The position numbers and the translations under genes were made by a program. From an uncultured delta proteobacterium (GTDB lineage Bacteria; Desulfobacterota; Syntrophia; Syntrophales; Smithellaceae): 64,000 bases of DNA. The notes below the pieces were generated by a model, which worked only from the letters and a program-made list of their open reading frames with translations, had not been told where the DNA came from and searched no databases. Numbering within the stretch: position 1 is the stretch's first letter; every line of letters begins with the position of its first letter. The stretch is taken from assembly GCA_903907985.1 (NCBI GenBank), contig CAIVQG010000030.1, forward strand, positions 25,534-89,533, read 5' to 3'. Shown here in pieces: positions 9,630 to 17,868 of this stretch.

Positions 9630-12101
9630 ATGAAGAAAATAAAAAAGTCGACGATTTCTGATTTCATTCTGGGCATAGTTTTAATGCTGATTGCGCTCTT
9701 CGCCTTTTTTCTTTCCTGGGGACCACTGGAAACGCTGGAATATGGCATTTATGATTTAAGTGCCAATCTGCGGGTAAAACAGTCTACGGCCCCCGTAGCT
9801 GTCATCGCCATTGATGAACAAAGCATTGCCAATCTTGGCCGCTGGCCCTGGCCCCGCGCTCATATCGCCTCCATGGTTGATCTGCTGCAGTCGTATAATG
9901 TGAAAGTAATCGGTCTGGACATAATTTATTCAGAAAAAGATTTTAATCAGGGACTCGTCGAGGTACGCAACCTGATCAAAAACATCGAAAGCAATCCGGA
10001 TTATGCCAAGAAAAATTTTGACATCGTTTTGGCGGCGCTGAAAGAATCAGAAAAAAAGCTCGATAATGACACTATTCTGGCCAATTCGATTGCTGTCAGT
10101 AAAAATGTCGTACTCCCGTTATTCTTTGTTCCCGGCAACCCCTCGGGGCGAACCGCTACTAATCTGCCGGATTATCTGCAAAACAACTCTATTGCACCGG
10201 CAGGGATCGATAGCAGTACCACGGCGCGGGAAATCGTGCCCCCCATAGCCGAGTTTGCCGCAGTTGCTCAGGGATTAGGACACATCAACATCGTTGCCGA
10301 CCGCGATGGGACGGTGCGCAGTGAGCCCCTGTTCATTAACTTTGAAGAAAAACTCTTTCCGTCTTTTGCCTTGCAACTGACCTTAAAATATCTCAATTTT
10401 GATTTGAAAAAGATGCAATTGGGCAAGCAAATAAAATTTGGCCGTAAAACAATCCCTGTTGATGAATACAATAGGATGTTAATCAGTTTTGCTTCCGGGA
10501 TTCCTTATTATTCGTTTTTCGATGTCGTCAATAAAAAAGTTGCGCCCGTTGTTTTTAAAGATAAGATTGTCATTATTGCCCAAAGCGCGGCCGGATTAGG
10601 CACGATGCAGGTCACTCCGACGGCCCTCAATGTTGGGCCGGGCACAATCATTGCCAATGTTATCGAAAACATCATTAACGATGATCACATTGTGCGTCCG
10701 GATTGGGCAACTACTCTCGAATTAATAATGATCATTATCTTCGGCCTCTACATTGCGCTGATCATTCCGCAAATCAAAGCCGGTATCAGCGCCATTGTTT
10801 CTCTGGTTCTCCTGCTTGGCTGGATAACAACAACAATTTATCTTTTTGCCTCTTATGATTATTGGGTCAAAGCGCTTTATCCGGCATTGCTATTAATTGT
10901 CGGCTACATTCTAATCGTTTCTAAACGTTATCTGCTTACGGAAAAAACCAAAGATCGCATGGAAGCGGATGGTGTGGAAACCAACAAAATGCTTGGTTTA
11001 TCCTTTCAGGGACAGGGTTTGCTGGATATGGCTTTTGACAAATTCCGCAAATGTCCCGTTGAAGATGAATCTGTGAAAGAGTTGCTCTATAATCTGGGCC
11101 TGGACTTTGAAAGAAAGCGTATGTTCAACAAAGCGGTAGCAGTTTACGAGCATGTTGCCCAGGCCGGTAATTTCAAAGACATCAATGAGCGTATAAAGAA
11201 GCTGAATACTGCCGGAGAAACCATGATCTTCGGCCTGTCCGGAGCTAAGAAAGAAGCTACCGTAATTATGAATAATTCCGAAATCAAGCCGACTCTGGGA
11301 CGTTATGAAATAATGAAGGAGTTGGGCCGCGGGGCTATGGGCACAGTATTCCTGGGGAAAGACCCAAGGATCAATCGTGAAGTGGCCATTAAAACTTTAA
11401 GATATGAAGAAATCGACACGGAACAACTGGAAGAAGTGAAAAAAAGATTCTTCCGGGAAGCGGAAGCTGCCGGAAAATTATCACATCCTAATATCGTCAC
11501 CATTTTTGATGTTGGCGAGGATTATGACATTGCTTATATGGCCATGGAATTACTGGATGGATCTGATTTGGCCAAATATTGCCCGAAAGAAAATCTCCTG
11601 CCGACGGAAGAAATAATTCGTGTTGTGTCTTGTGTTGCCTCGGCGCTGGACTATGCCCATGCCAACGGAATAGTTCATCGGGACATCAAACCGGCCAATA
11701 TTATGATTTTAAACAATGGTGAGGTAAAGGTGGCGGATTTCGGCATTGCCCGTGTCATGTCCTCATCCAAAACACAAACCGGAGTTATTCTGGGTACTCC
11801 CAGCTACATGTCACCGGAACAAATAGCCGGCAAAAAGGTGGATGGACGGTCCGATCTGTTTTCACTGGGTGTTGTCTTATATGAGCTTATTTGCGGGGAA
11901 AAACCTTTTAACGGAGAGAGCATTACAACACTTATGTACAACATAACATCCTCCGCACCACCGTCGATTAAAGAACTTTCCCCCAATATCCCGGAAAAAT
12001 TGGTTCCGATCGTGGAAAAGCTTCTGGCCAAAGAAGTGGAAGACCGTTACCAAACCGGTAAATTATTAGCAGATGATTTGCTTGCTTGTTTAATTAAATA
12101 A
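9630..12101 (+). CDS. CHASE2 sensor domain-containing Ser/Thr protein kinase
   Basis: 823 aa. The CHASE2 hallmark LGRWPWPR is present, followed by a TM cluster (about aa 360-430). Hanks kinase motifs are GRGAMGTVFLG..VAIK, HRDIKPANIM, DFG and SPE. Confidence 0.85.
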   Translation: MKKIKKSTISDFILGIVLMLIALFAFFLSWGPLETLEYGIYDLSANLRVKQSTAPVAVIAIDEQSIANLGRWPWPRAHIASMVDLLQSYNVKVIGLDIIYSEKDFNQGLVEVRNLIKNIESNPDYAKKNFDIVLAALKESEKKLDNDTILANSIAVSKNVVLPLFFVPGNPSGRTATNLPDYLQNNSIAPAGIDSSTTAREIVPPIAEFAAVAQGLGHINIVADRDGTVRSEPLFINFEEKLFPSFALQLTLKYLNFDLKKMQLGKQIKFGRKTIPVDEYNRMLISFASGIPYYSFFDVVNKKVAPVVFKDKIVIIAQSAAGLGTMQVTPTALNVGPGTIIANVIENIINDDHIVRPDWATTLELIMIIIFGLYIALIIPQIKAGISAIVSLVLLLGWITTTIYLFASYDYWVKALYPALLLIVGYILIVSKRYLLTEKTKDRMEADGVETNKMLGLSFQGQGLLDMAFDKFRKCPVEDESVKELLYNLGLDFERKRMFNKAVAVYEHVAQAGNFKDINERIKKLNTAGETMIFGLSGAKKEATVIMNNSEIKPTLGRYEIMKELGRGAMGTVFLGKDPRINREVAIKTLRYEEIDTEQLEEVKKRFFREAEAAGKLSHPNIVTIFDVGEDYDIAYMAMELLDGSDLAKYCPKENLLPTEEIIRVVSCVASALDYAHANGIVHRDIKPANIMILNNGEVKVADFGIARVMSSSKTQTGVILGTPSYMSPEQIAGKKVDGRSDLFSLGVVLYELICGEKPFNGESITTLMYNITSSAPPSIKELSPNIPEKLVPIVEKLLAKEVEDRYQTGKLLADDLLACLIK

Positions 12102-12111
12102 GGAGGCTTAA

Positions 12112-12906
12112 TTGAATTTAACTGCCAGCGGTAAAACCGATCAGGGTTTGGTTCGCGCCAACAACGAAGATAATTTTTATCTGGATGAAAAAATGGGTCT
12201 GCTCGTCGTTGCCGATGGTATGGGCGGTCATGCTTCCGGCGAGATAGCCAGCAACTTGGCGGTTAATGTGATCAGGGATTATTTTCTGGGGCCGCAAAAG
12301 CTGATTGGCGATCCCAATCCTGCTTATTCGGACGCTACTAACAAGCTTGGCTGTGCCATACGGCTGGCCAATCAGGCCGTTTATGAAGCGGCGCAGGGTT
12401 CACCGCAGTTAAAGGGTATGGGCACCACTATTGTGGCCGTCCTCCTGACGGGGAATAAATTAAGCATCGCGCATATCGGTGACAGCCGTGCTTATCTGAT
12501 TCGTGGAGGTCAGATCGATCAGTTAACCGATGATCATTCGATGGTTAATGAACAGGTGAAACGTGATATAATTACCAGAGAAGAAGCGGCTAAATCGGAA
12601 ATGAGAAATATTCTCACGAAGGCCCTGGGTATCAGTGCAGAAATGGAAACGGATTTAGACGAGCTCACCATGTTCGGCGACGATATTTTTTTCTTGTGCA
12701 GCGACGGTCTTAATACTATGATCAGCGACGAAGATATGCTGGGAATCGTATCTGTTGCCGGTAACTCTGCCGCCGCATGTGATGCGCTGATTAATGCGGC
12801 CAATGAAAATGGTGGTAAGGATAATGTAACTGTGGTTGTCGGTTATATTAAGAAGAAAAAATGGTATTCGGCTTTGTTTAAATTTGGGGAATTTTTCCGG
12901 AGGTGA
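12112..12906 (+). CDS. PP2C-family Ser/Thr protein phosphatase
   Basis: TTG start with AGGAGG 6 nt upstream. Motifs: VADGMGGH, GDSRAYL, GGKDNVTVVV. Confidence 0.85.
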   Translation: MNLTASGKTDQGLVRANNEDNFYLDEKMGLLVVADGMGGHASGEIASNLAVNVIRDYFLGPQKLIGDPNPAYSDATNKLGCAIRLANQAVYEAAQGSPQLKGMGTTIVAVLLTGNKLSIAHIGDSRAYLIRGGQIDQLTDDHSMVNEQVKRDIITREEAAKSEMRNILTKALGISAEMETDLDELTMFGDDIFFLCSDGLNTMISDEDMLGIVSVAGNSAAACDALINAANENGGKDNVTVVVGYIKKKKWYSALFKFGEFFRR

Positions 12907-12909
12907 TAC

Positions 12910-13617
12910 ATGGCAAAGGTCCTACTTAAATACAAAGAAGCTGTCGTCCAAGAAATTATCCTGGAGAAGGAAGTGACGACTATCGGCCGAAAACCGGACA
13001 ACGATATCATCATTGATAATCAGGCAGTATCCGGGCACCATGCCCAGATTAAAACAGAAGGTGAGGCGCTGTTCATTGAAGATTTGAGCAGCCTCAATGG
13101 AACTTATCTCAACAGCCAGAAAATTGCCAAGGCCGAAATTTTCAATGAAGATGTGATTGTAATCGGTGTGCATAACCTGAATGTCTTTTGCAATAACTAC
13201 AGGAGGGACGCAGAGGATAAAAAGAATTTTGCCGTGCGGGGCCGTTCGATGGATGAAACGATGGTTATTGCTCCGGATGATAAAAAGAAAATACTCACTG
13301 CCGCCGATAAAAGCATCCCGGAACCGGTAGGTGGTTTTCTGGTCATTGAGGGATCGACAGATCAGAAAGAATATGAGCTCAAAGAAAGAGTTTCGGCGAT
13401 CGGTAAAGAAGACGGTTCCGCAATCAAACTGAAAGGTTTTTTTGCCCCCAAATTAGCCGCGCTGATTAACCGCCGGAAAGAAGGTTATTTCATTACCCCG
13501 TCCGGCGATAAGGAGTTGAAGATCAACGGCAAAGCAATAGACCGCCGTTACGATCTGAAAGACGGCGATATTGTGGAAGTTGGCAATTTGAAGTTGCAGT
13601 TTTATATTAAAGAGTGA
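12910..13617 (+). CDS. FHA domain-containing protein (N-terminal FHA plus a degenerate C-terminal FHA-like domain)
   Basis: The N-terminal segment TTIGRKPDNDIIIDNQAVSGHHAQI...NGTYLN is FHA. The C-terminal half repeats the pattern (SAIGKEDGSAIKL...INGKAI). Confidence 0.8.
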   Translation: MAKVLLKYKEAVVQEIILEKEVTTIGRKPDNDIIIDNQAVSGHHAQIKTEGEALFIEDLSSLNGTYLNSQKIAKAEIFNEDVIVIGVHNLNVFCNNYRRDAEDKKNFAVRGRSMDETMVIAPDDKKKILTAADKSIPEPVGGFLVIEGSTDQKEYELKERVSAIGKEDGSAIKLKGFFAPKLAALINRRKEGYFITPSGDKELKINGKAIDRRYDLKDGDIVEVGNLKLQFYIKE

Positions 13618-13639
13618 CGGCCATGTAAAAAGTCCATAT

Positions 13640-13810
13640 GCTGCGTTGTGCTGCATCTCTCGTCGTTGCGGCGTACGCTAAAAGTACGCCCCACTCCTCG
13701 TGCTCTGGCAGCGATTTCCCGGAGCCCGAGGGGCGAAGGGACGCGGGGGGGATGTGAGTCCGTACCAGTGTGCGCCGACAGGCAAACACATTGCGTGCCT
13801 TGCCTCTGGA
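13640..13810. other. GC-rich non-coding island upstream of murI (possible sRNA or repeat relic)
   Basis: About 170 nt that is visibly more GC-rich than its flanks (runs such as CCCGGAGCCCGAGGGGCGAAGGGACGCGGGGGGG). Local hairpins are present, e.g. GGCGTAC-gctaaaa-GTACGCC. No convincing ORF. Confidence 0.3.
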
Positions 13811-13869
13811 TCTTTTCACAAGGTCATCGAAAATGTTTAATTTTTCAATTTTTCATGAGCTAATCATTT

Positions 13870-14676
13870 GTGGATATAAAAAACAATCAGGCTATAGGCG
13901 TATTTGACTCGGGCATTGGCGGTCTGACAGTAGTGCGTGCCCTTATGGAACGCCTGCCTTTTGAAAACATTATATATTTTGGAGATACCGCACGAGTGCC
14001 CTACGGCATTAAGTCGGTGGAAACCATCAATCACTATGCCACGCAAATTACCGAATTTCTCCTGAAAAAAGATGTAAAGCTGCTGGTCGTTGCCTGTAAT
14101 ACGATGGCTGCCGTGGCTTATTCGGCCATAAAAGATTTATCACCGGTGCCGGTATTGGAAGTTATCGAAGCCAGTGCCCGCAATGCCGTGGCAGAAACCC
14201 GCACAAAATCCATTGGTGTTATCGGCACTCCGGCAACAATTAATAGCAATGCCTATGCCCGGGCGATTCATCTTTTAGTTAAGGAAGTAAAAATTTATTC
14301 CCAGACCTGTCCGCTTTTTGTTCCGCTGGTGGAAGAAGGCTGGTTCGATCATCCCGCTACCCGGCTCATCGCTCAGGAATATTTAAAACCGGTGCTGGCC
14401 GAACAAATTGATACATTGGTGTTGGGCTGCACTCATTATCCGCTTTTGAAATCATTATTGCAGGAGATTGTCGGACCAAAAATAAACCTTATCGATTCGG
14501 CAGAGGCAATGGCAGATGCCACGGCCGATTTGCTCAACCAGCTCAATCTAGGAAATGCAAATAAGCTGCCGCCCGATTATCTGTTTTGTGTCAGCGATGT
14601 GCCGTACCGTTTTCAAACAATCGGGGAACGCTTTTTGGGCCGCACTTTAGGGAAGGTGGAGCTGGTAAGACTATAA
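13870..14676 (+). CDS. murI: Glutamate racemase
   Basis: GTG start. Motifs: VFDSGIGGLTV, VVACNTM, LGCTHYPLL. Confidence 0.9.
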   Translation: MDIKNNQAIGVFDSGIGGLTVVRALMERLPFENIIYFGDTARVPYGIKSVETINHYATQITEFLLKKDVKLLVVACNTMAAVAYSAIKDLSPVPVLEVIEASARNAVAETRTKSIGVIGTPATINSNAYARAIHLLVKEVKIYSQTCPLFVPLVEEGWFDHPATRLIAQEYLKPVLAEQIDTLVLGCTHYPLLKSLLQEIVGPKINLIDSAEAMADATADLLNQLNLGNANKLPPDYLFCVSDVPYRFQTIGERFLGRTLGKVELVRL

Positions 14677-15061
14677 AAATTCGTTTCTCCGACAGAGCCA
14701 TTCTTAAAAGCATGAACAGGCATCACGCGGATACAAACTTTCCTAAGTCTTTTAAAAAGAACTGTTGGATTTTCAGCAAAAAGCTGTTCTGGTTACGGCG
14801 CATCATCTCCATAAAAGGCGCGGCGTGTTAATCGGTAATGTTGTCTGTCTGGGGAAGTCAATCAAAGCGACGGCTATCGCCAAACAAGGCGAAGAGAAAT
14901 GAATTTACAAAGGTAAATCATTTCTTTAGCCGATTTTCAGTTGCAATGTTTTGAAGAAGTTGTATTATTCGTCGCTATCAATAAAAAGTTGCAACTCCTT
15001 TTGGACACAAGAAGTTATTTAGTTCAAGACATAACCTGAACATTATTGAGGGGGCGATTTA

Positions 15062-16036
15062 ATGACCAATGTTTGGTGTGTACGAGCGAATGGTGGTCAA
15101 TACACAGAACTTTTCTTGCACGGCAACTATGTGGGTATCGGGTGGAGTGAAATCAAGGATGATCTTGGTCAAATAAAGTCTCGCGACGTTCTTTATCCAA
15201 TTGTTGGTTTGGCTTATCCCGACCAGAAAAGTCCAATTGTCATTGGTAACTATGTCGGCCAGATTGCGCGCTTCTTGTTTGAGATTCAAGCGGGTGACTA
15301 TGTGATCACACCGGCTGCCGATACGGAATGGCTGCATTACTGCAAGGTCGATACAGATCCATCCTACTTTTATGCGGCTGATGATGACGGCTGTCCATAC
15401 CGGCACCGCAGACGTGTTGAGTGGTATAAGCAGCGGCTCAAACGCGGCGACTTCTCTGTGCCATTTCAGAATACAATTCGTTCCTCGCTCACGGTATTTG
15501 CCATTTCTCAACGAGATGAATTTCTAGCCACTATCGGTTGCTCAGACCTCATTTCGAAACCTGCAGTAATAGAATATGATCCTTACCGCGTTGTGTTGGA
15601 ACAAATTCTCACGCTCGACCCTAAAGAATTTGAGATGCTTGTTGGTGAGCTACTTACTGCGCTGGGCTTTGAAGGTTCTGAGGTGACGGGTAAGACAGGC
15701 GACGGCGGTGTGGATGCCACCGGCGAACTTAATGTTGCCAATCTTGCCAAGGTGAAGGTCTTTGTGCAAGCTAAACGCTACAAACTCGGGTCCAAGATAA
15801 ATGCAAATATCGTTAAACAACTCAGGCAATCGATTCCGAATAACGGACAAGGTGCCTTTATCACAACTGCCGACTTCCAAAAGGCAGCTGCTGATATTGC
15901 AGTGGAAATAGGGTTTCCACGTATTGGTCTAATTAATGGAAGACAGCTTGTTGATTTGCTAATTGAACATTGGAGTGATATCCCTCAAGAGTTTCAGGAG
16001 CGATTGGGGCTAAAACCGGGGTTGGTGCGGACGTAA
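15062..16036 (+). CDS. Mrr-like restriction endonuclease (PD-(D/E)xK) with an unassigned N-terminal domain
   Basis: The C-terminal Mrr_cat-type sequence is FEMLVGELLTALGFEGSEVTGKTGDGGVDATG...VFVQAKRY...ITTADF. The N-terminal 160 aa (VWCVRANGG...VGIGW...YRHRRRVEW) is not assigned to a family by me. Confidence 0.75.
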   Translation: MTNVWCVRANGGQYTELFLHGNYVGIGWSEIKDDLGQIKSRDVLYPIVGLAYPDQKSPIVIGNYVGQIARFLFEIQAGDYVITPAADTEWLHYCKVDTDPSYFYAADDDGCPYRHRRRVEWYKQRLKRGDFSVPFQNTIRSSLTVFAISQRDEFLATIGCSDLISKPAVIEYDPYRVVLEQILTLDPKEFEMLVGELLTALGFEGSEVTGKTGDGGVDATGELNVANLAKVKVFVQAKRYKLGSKINANIVKQLRQSIPNNGQGAFITTADFQKAAADIAVEIGFPRIGLINGRQLVDLLIEHWSDIPQEFQERLGLKPGLVRT

Positions 16037-16084
16037 CACAACTAGCACCACTTAGAAGACGATTTTGAAAAATAAGAGGGTTGC

Positions 16085-16789
16085 ATGAATCTAATTACTG
16101 AAGGCATAAAGCAAAATATTATTCGACTAGAAGACGATGGAAAATATATTGTCTATTTACATCAAAACAAGCGTCGTAATTATACGAGCCCTGAGGAAAA
16201 AGTGCAGGCCGAAGCATTCCTCCAACTCATACTTGTCTATAAATACCCTGTTGAACATATCCATCAATTCGTCTCGGTACAAATGGGCTCCGAAACGAAG
16301 GAAGCTGATATTATTGTTTATACAGATGGCACTCTAAAAGCGCCACTTATCGTCATCGAATGTAAAAAATCGGATGTTAGTGAACTCGAATTTGTTCGTG
16401 CCGCAGACCAAGCGGTTAGCTATGCCGTTGCAGAAGGAGCGCGCTATGTTTGGGTTACCAGCAAGCTCAAAAACGAGTATTTTGAGATACCAGCTAAAAA
16501 ACCAAAACTACGAATCACCATCCCTGATGTCCCGCAGTTCGGTATTACCGAGTTAGCGAAATTCAAATTTGCATATGAGGGCGGTACAACCAAGACAGGT
16601 CAAAAGCTCTTCCCACTCGAAGTTGTAACTCAGGACGAACTCACCAGGCGCTTCCAGCAGGCCCACCAAGCTCTCTGGGGTGGAGGCAGAATGATCAAAC
16701 AAACGAAACAAATTACCGCGGATACAAAGCTGCTTTTTCAAGAACTTCTCTGCTTATTGAAATTGTCGTTACACTGTCACGACAATTAA
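16085..16789 (+). pseudogene. Truncated restriction-modification protein (HsdR_N-type N-terminal domain plus the start of a methylase-type helical region)
   Basis: HsdR_N-like core: EEKVQAEAFLQLIL...EADIIVY...PLIVIECKK...AVSYA. Homology-like sequence ends near LTRRFQQAHQALWGGG (about nt 16690). After that comes unrelated low-quality sequence and a stop. No methylase catalytic motifs follow. Confidence 0.5.
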
Positions 16790-16836
16790 GCTGGTCACAT
16801 TTCCTGGTGCTGATTCCTATAAAAAATGAGAAGTAA
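16711..16836 (+). pseudogene. Relic of a DUF1016/YhcG-type PD-(D/E)xK nuclease gene
   Basis: A different frame reads ...GYKAAFSRTSLLIEIVVTLSRQLSWSHFLVLIPIKNEK*. The LSWSHF..L...K.E block is the conserved N-terminal signature of the YhcG family. Only about 40 codons remain. Confidence 0.4.
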
Positions 16837-16873
16837 AAGTTTTTATTATAGATTCAATAGGAGATAAGACACG

Positions 16874-17704
16874 ATGAATAAAACCGCGTTAGTAGTATTT
16901 GAAAGTAAAAAAATCCGCCGCTATTATGATGATGAAACAGAAACCTGGTATTTTTCGGTTATTGATGTTGTCGAAGCTCTTACCGTTTCCAAAAACCCGA
17001 CTGATTACCTGAAAAAACTCAGAAAAAGGGATATAGAACTTGGCGCTTACCTGGGGACAAATTGTCCCCAGGTAGAAATGGTAACAGAAACAGGGAAAAA
17101 AAGAAAAACTCTCGGGGGATCTGTCCAACATATTTTGCGGCTCGTCCAGGCCATACCATCGCCCAAAGCTGAACCATTCAAGCAATGGCTGGCAAAGGTG
17201 GGATACGAACGCCTCCAGGACATGAGCGACCCTGCCCGTTCACTTGACCGCGCCCGTGAATACTGGCGTGAGCACGGCCGAAGCGAAAAGTGGATTCAAC
17301 AGCGGATGATGGGACAGGAAACCCGCAATAAGCTTACCGATTACTGGAAAGACCACGAAATAACCAAAGAAGAGGAATATGCCATTCTCACCAACATCAT
17401 TCATCAGGAGTGGAGCGGCGTTTCAGTAAAAAAGCATAAAGATATAAAAGGCCTAAAATCACAGAATCTACGCGATCATATGAATGAGGCGGAATTGATT
17501 TTTACGGCACTTGCAGAACTTTCGACCAGGCAGATTGCCGAAAGCGTGGATGCTACGGGCATGGTTGAAAATGCCGCTGCGGGGGAAAAGGGCGGAAAAA
17601 TTGCAAAGAAAGCGCGATTGGAATTGGAATCAAAAACAGGCAAAAGCGTTATAACATCTGAAAATTATCTTCCACCGGCAAAGAAACAAAAGCAGTTAAA
17701 ATAG
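16874..17704 (+). CDS. Bro-N domain protein (phage antirepressor / DinD-like)
   Basis: 276 aa. The N-terminal segment FESKKIRRYYDDETETWYFSVIDVVEALT is Bro-N-like. The central part PKAEPFKQWLAKVGYERLQ is typical of this widespread mobile-element-associated family. Confidence 0.6.
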   Translation: MNKTALVVFESKKIRRYYDDETETWYFSVIDVVEALTVSKNPTDYLKKLRKRDIELGAYLGTNCPQVEMVTETGKKRKTLGGSVQHILRLVQAIPSPKAEPFKQWLAKVGYERLQDMSDPARSLDRAREYWREHGRSEKWIQQRMMGQETRNKLTDYWKDHEITKEEEYAILTNIIHQEWSGVSVKKHKDIKGLKSQNLRDHMNEAELIFTALAELSTRQIAESVDATGMVENAAAGEKGGKIAKKARLELESKTGKSVITSENYLPPAKKQKQLK

Positions 17705-17868
17705 GAAAGGGGAAGAACGTATCTTGTATTGGGTTATGAAGAACGCCTGTTTTGAAGGACAAAGATTGTTACGGATTGATGAAATTAACTTGTAGATTTT
17801 TCCTATTATGATAATTTCACATAACTATCAATTTAAAGACTTGATGAAAGCACGGGTATAAAATTTTT

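Noticed and set aside
13607-13863. 70- and 71-aa ORFs on opposite strands in the GC-rich island upstream of murI.
   Set aside because: Their composition is Arg/Pro/Ser/Gly-rich and typical of GC-rich non-coding DNA read in frame. They overlap each other and have no RBS. I report the region as a possible RNA or repeat instead.
14677-15061. A possible integrase or transposase fragment, or an att site, in the 385-nt gap after murI.
   Set aside because: Translations in all frames gave only short, stop-ridden pieces with no recombinase motifs (no R..H..R..Y pattern), and I could not find a matching direct repeat near 17.8 kb. No mobility gene can be supported.
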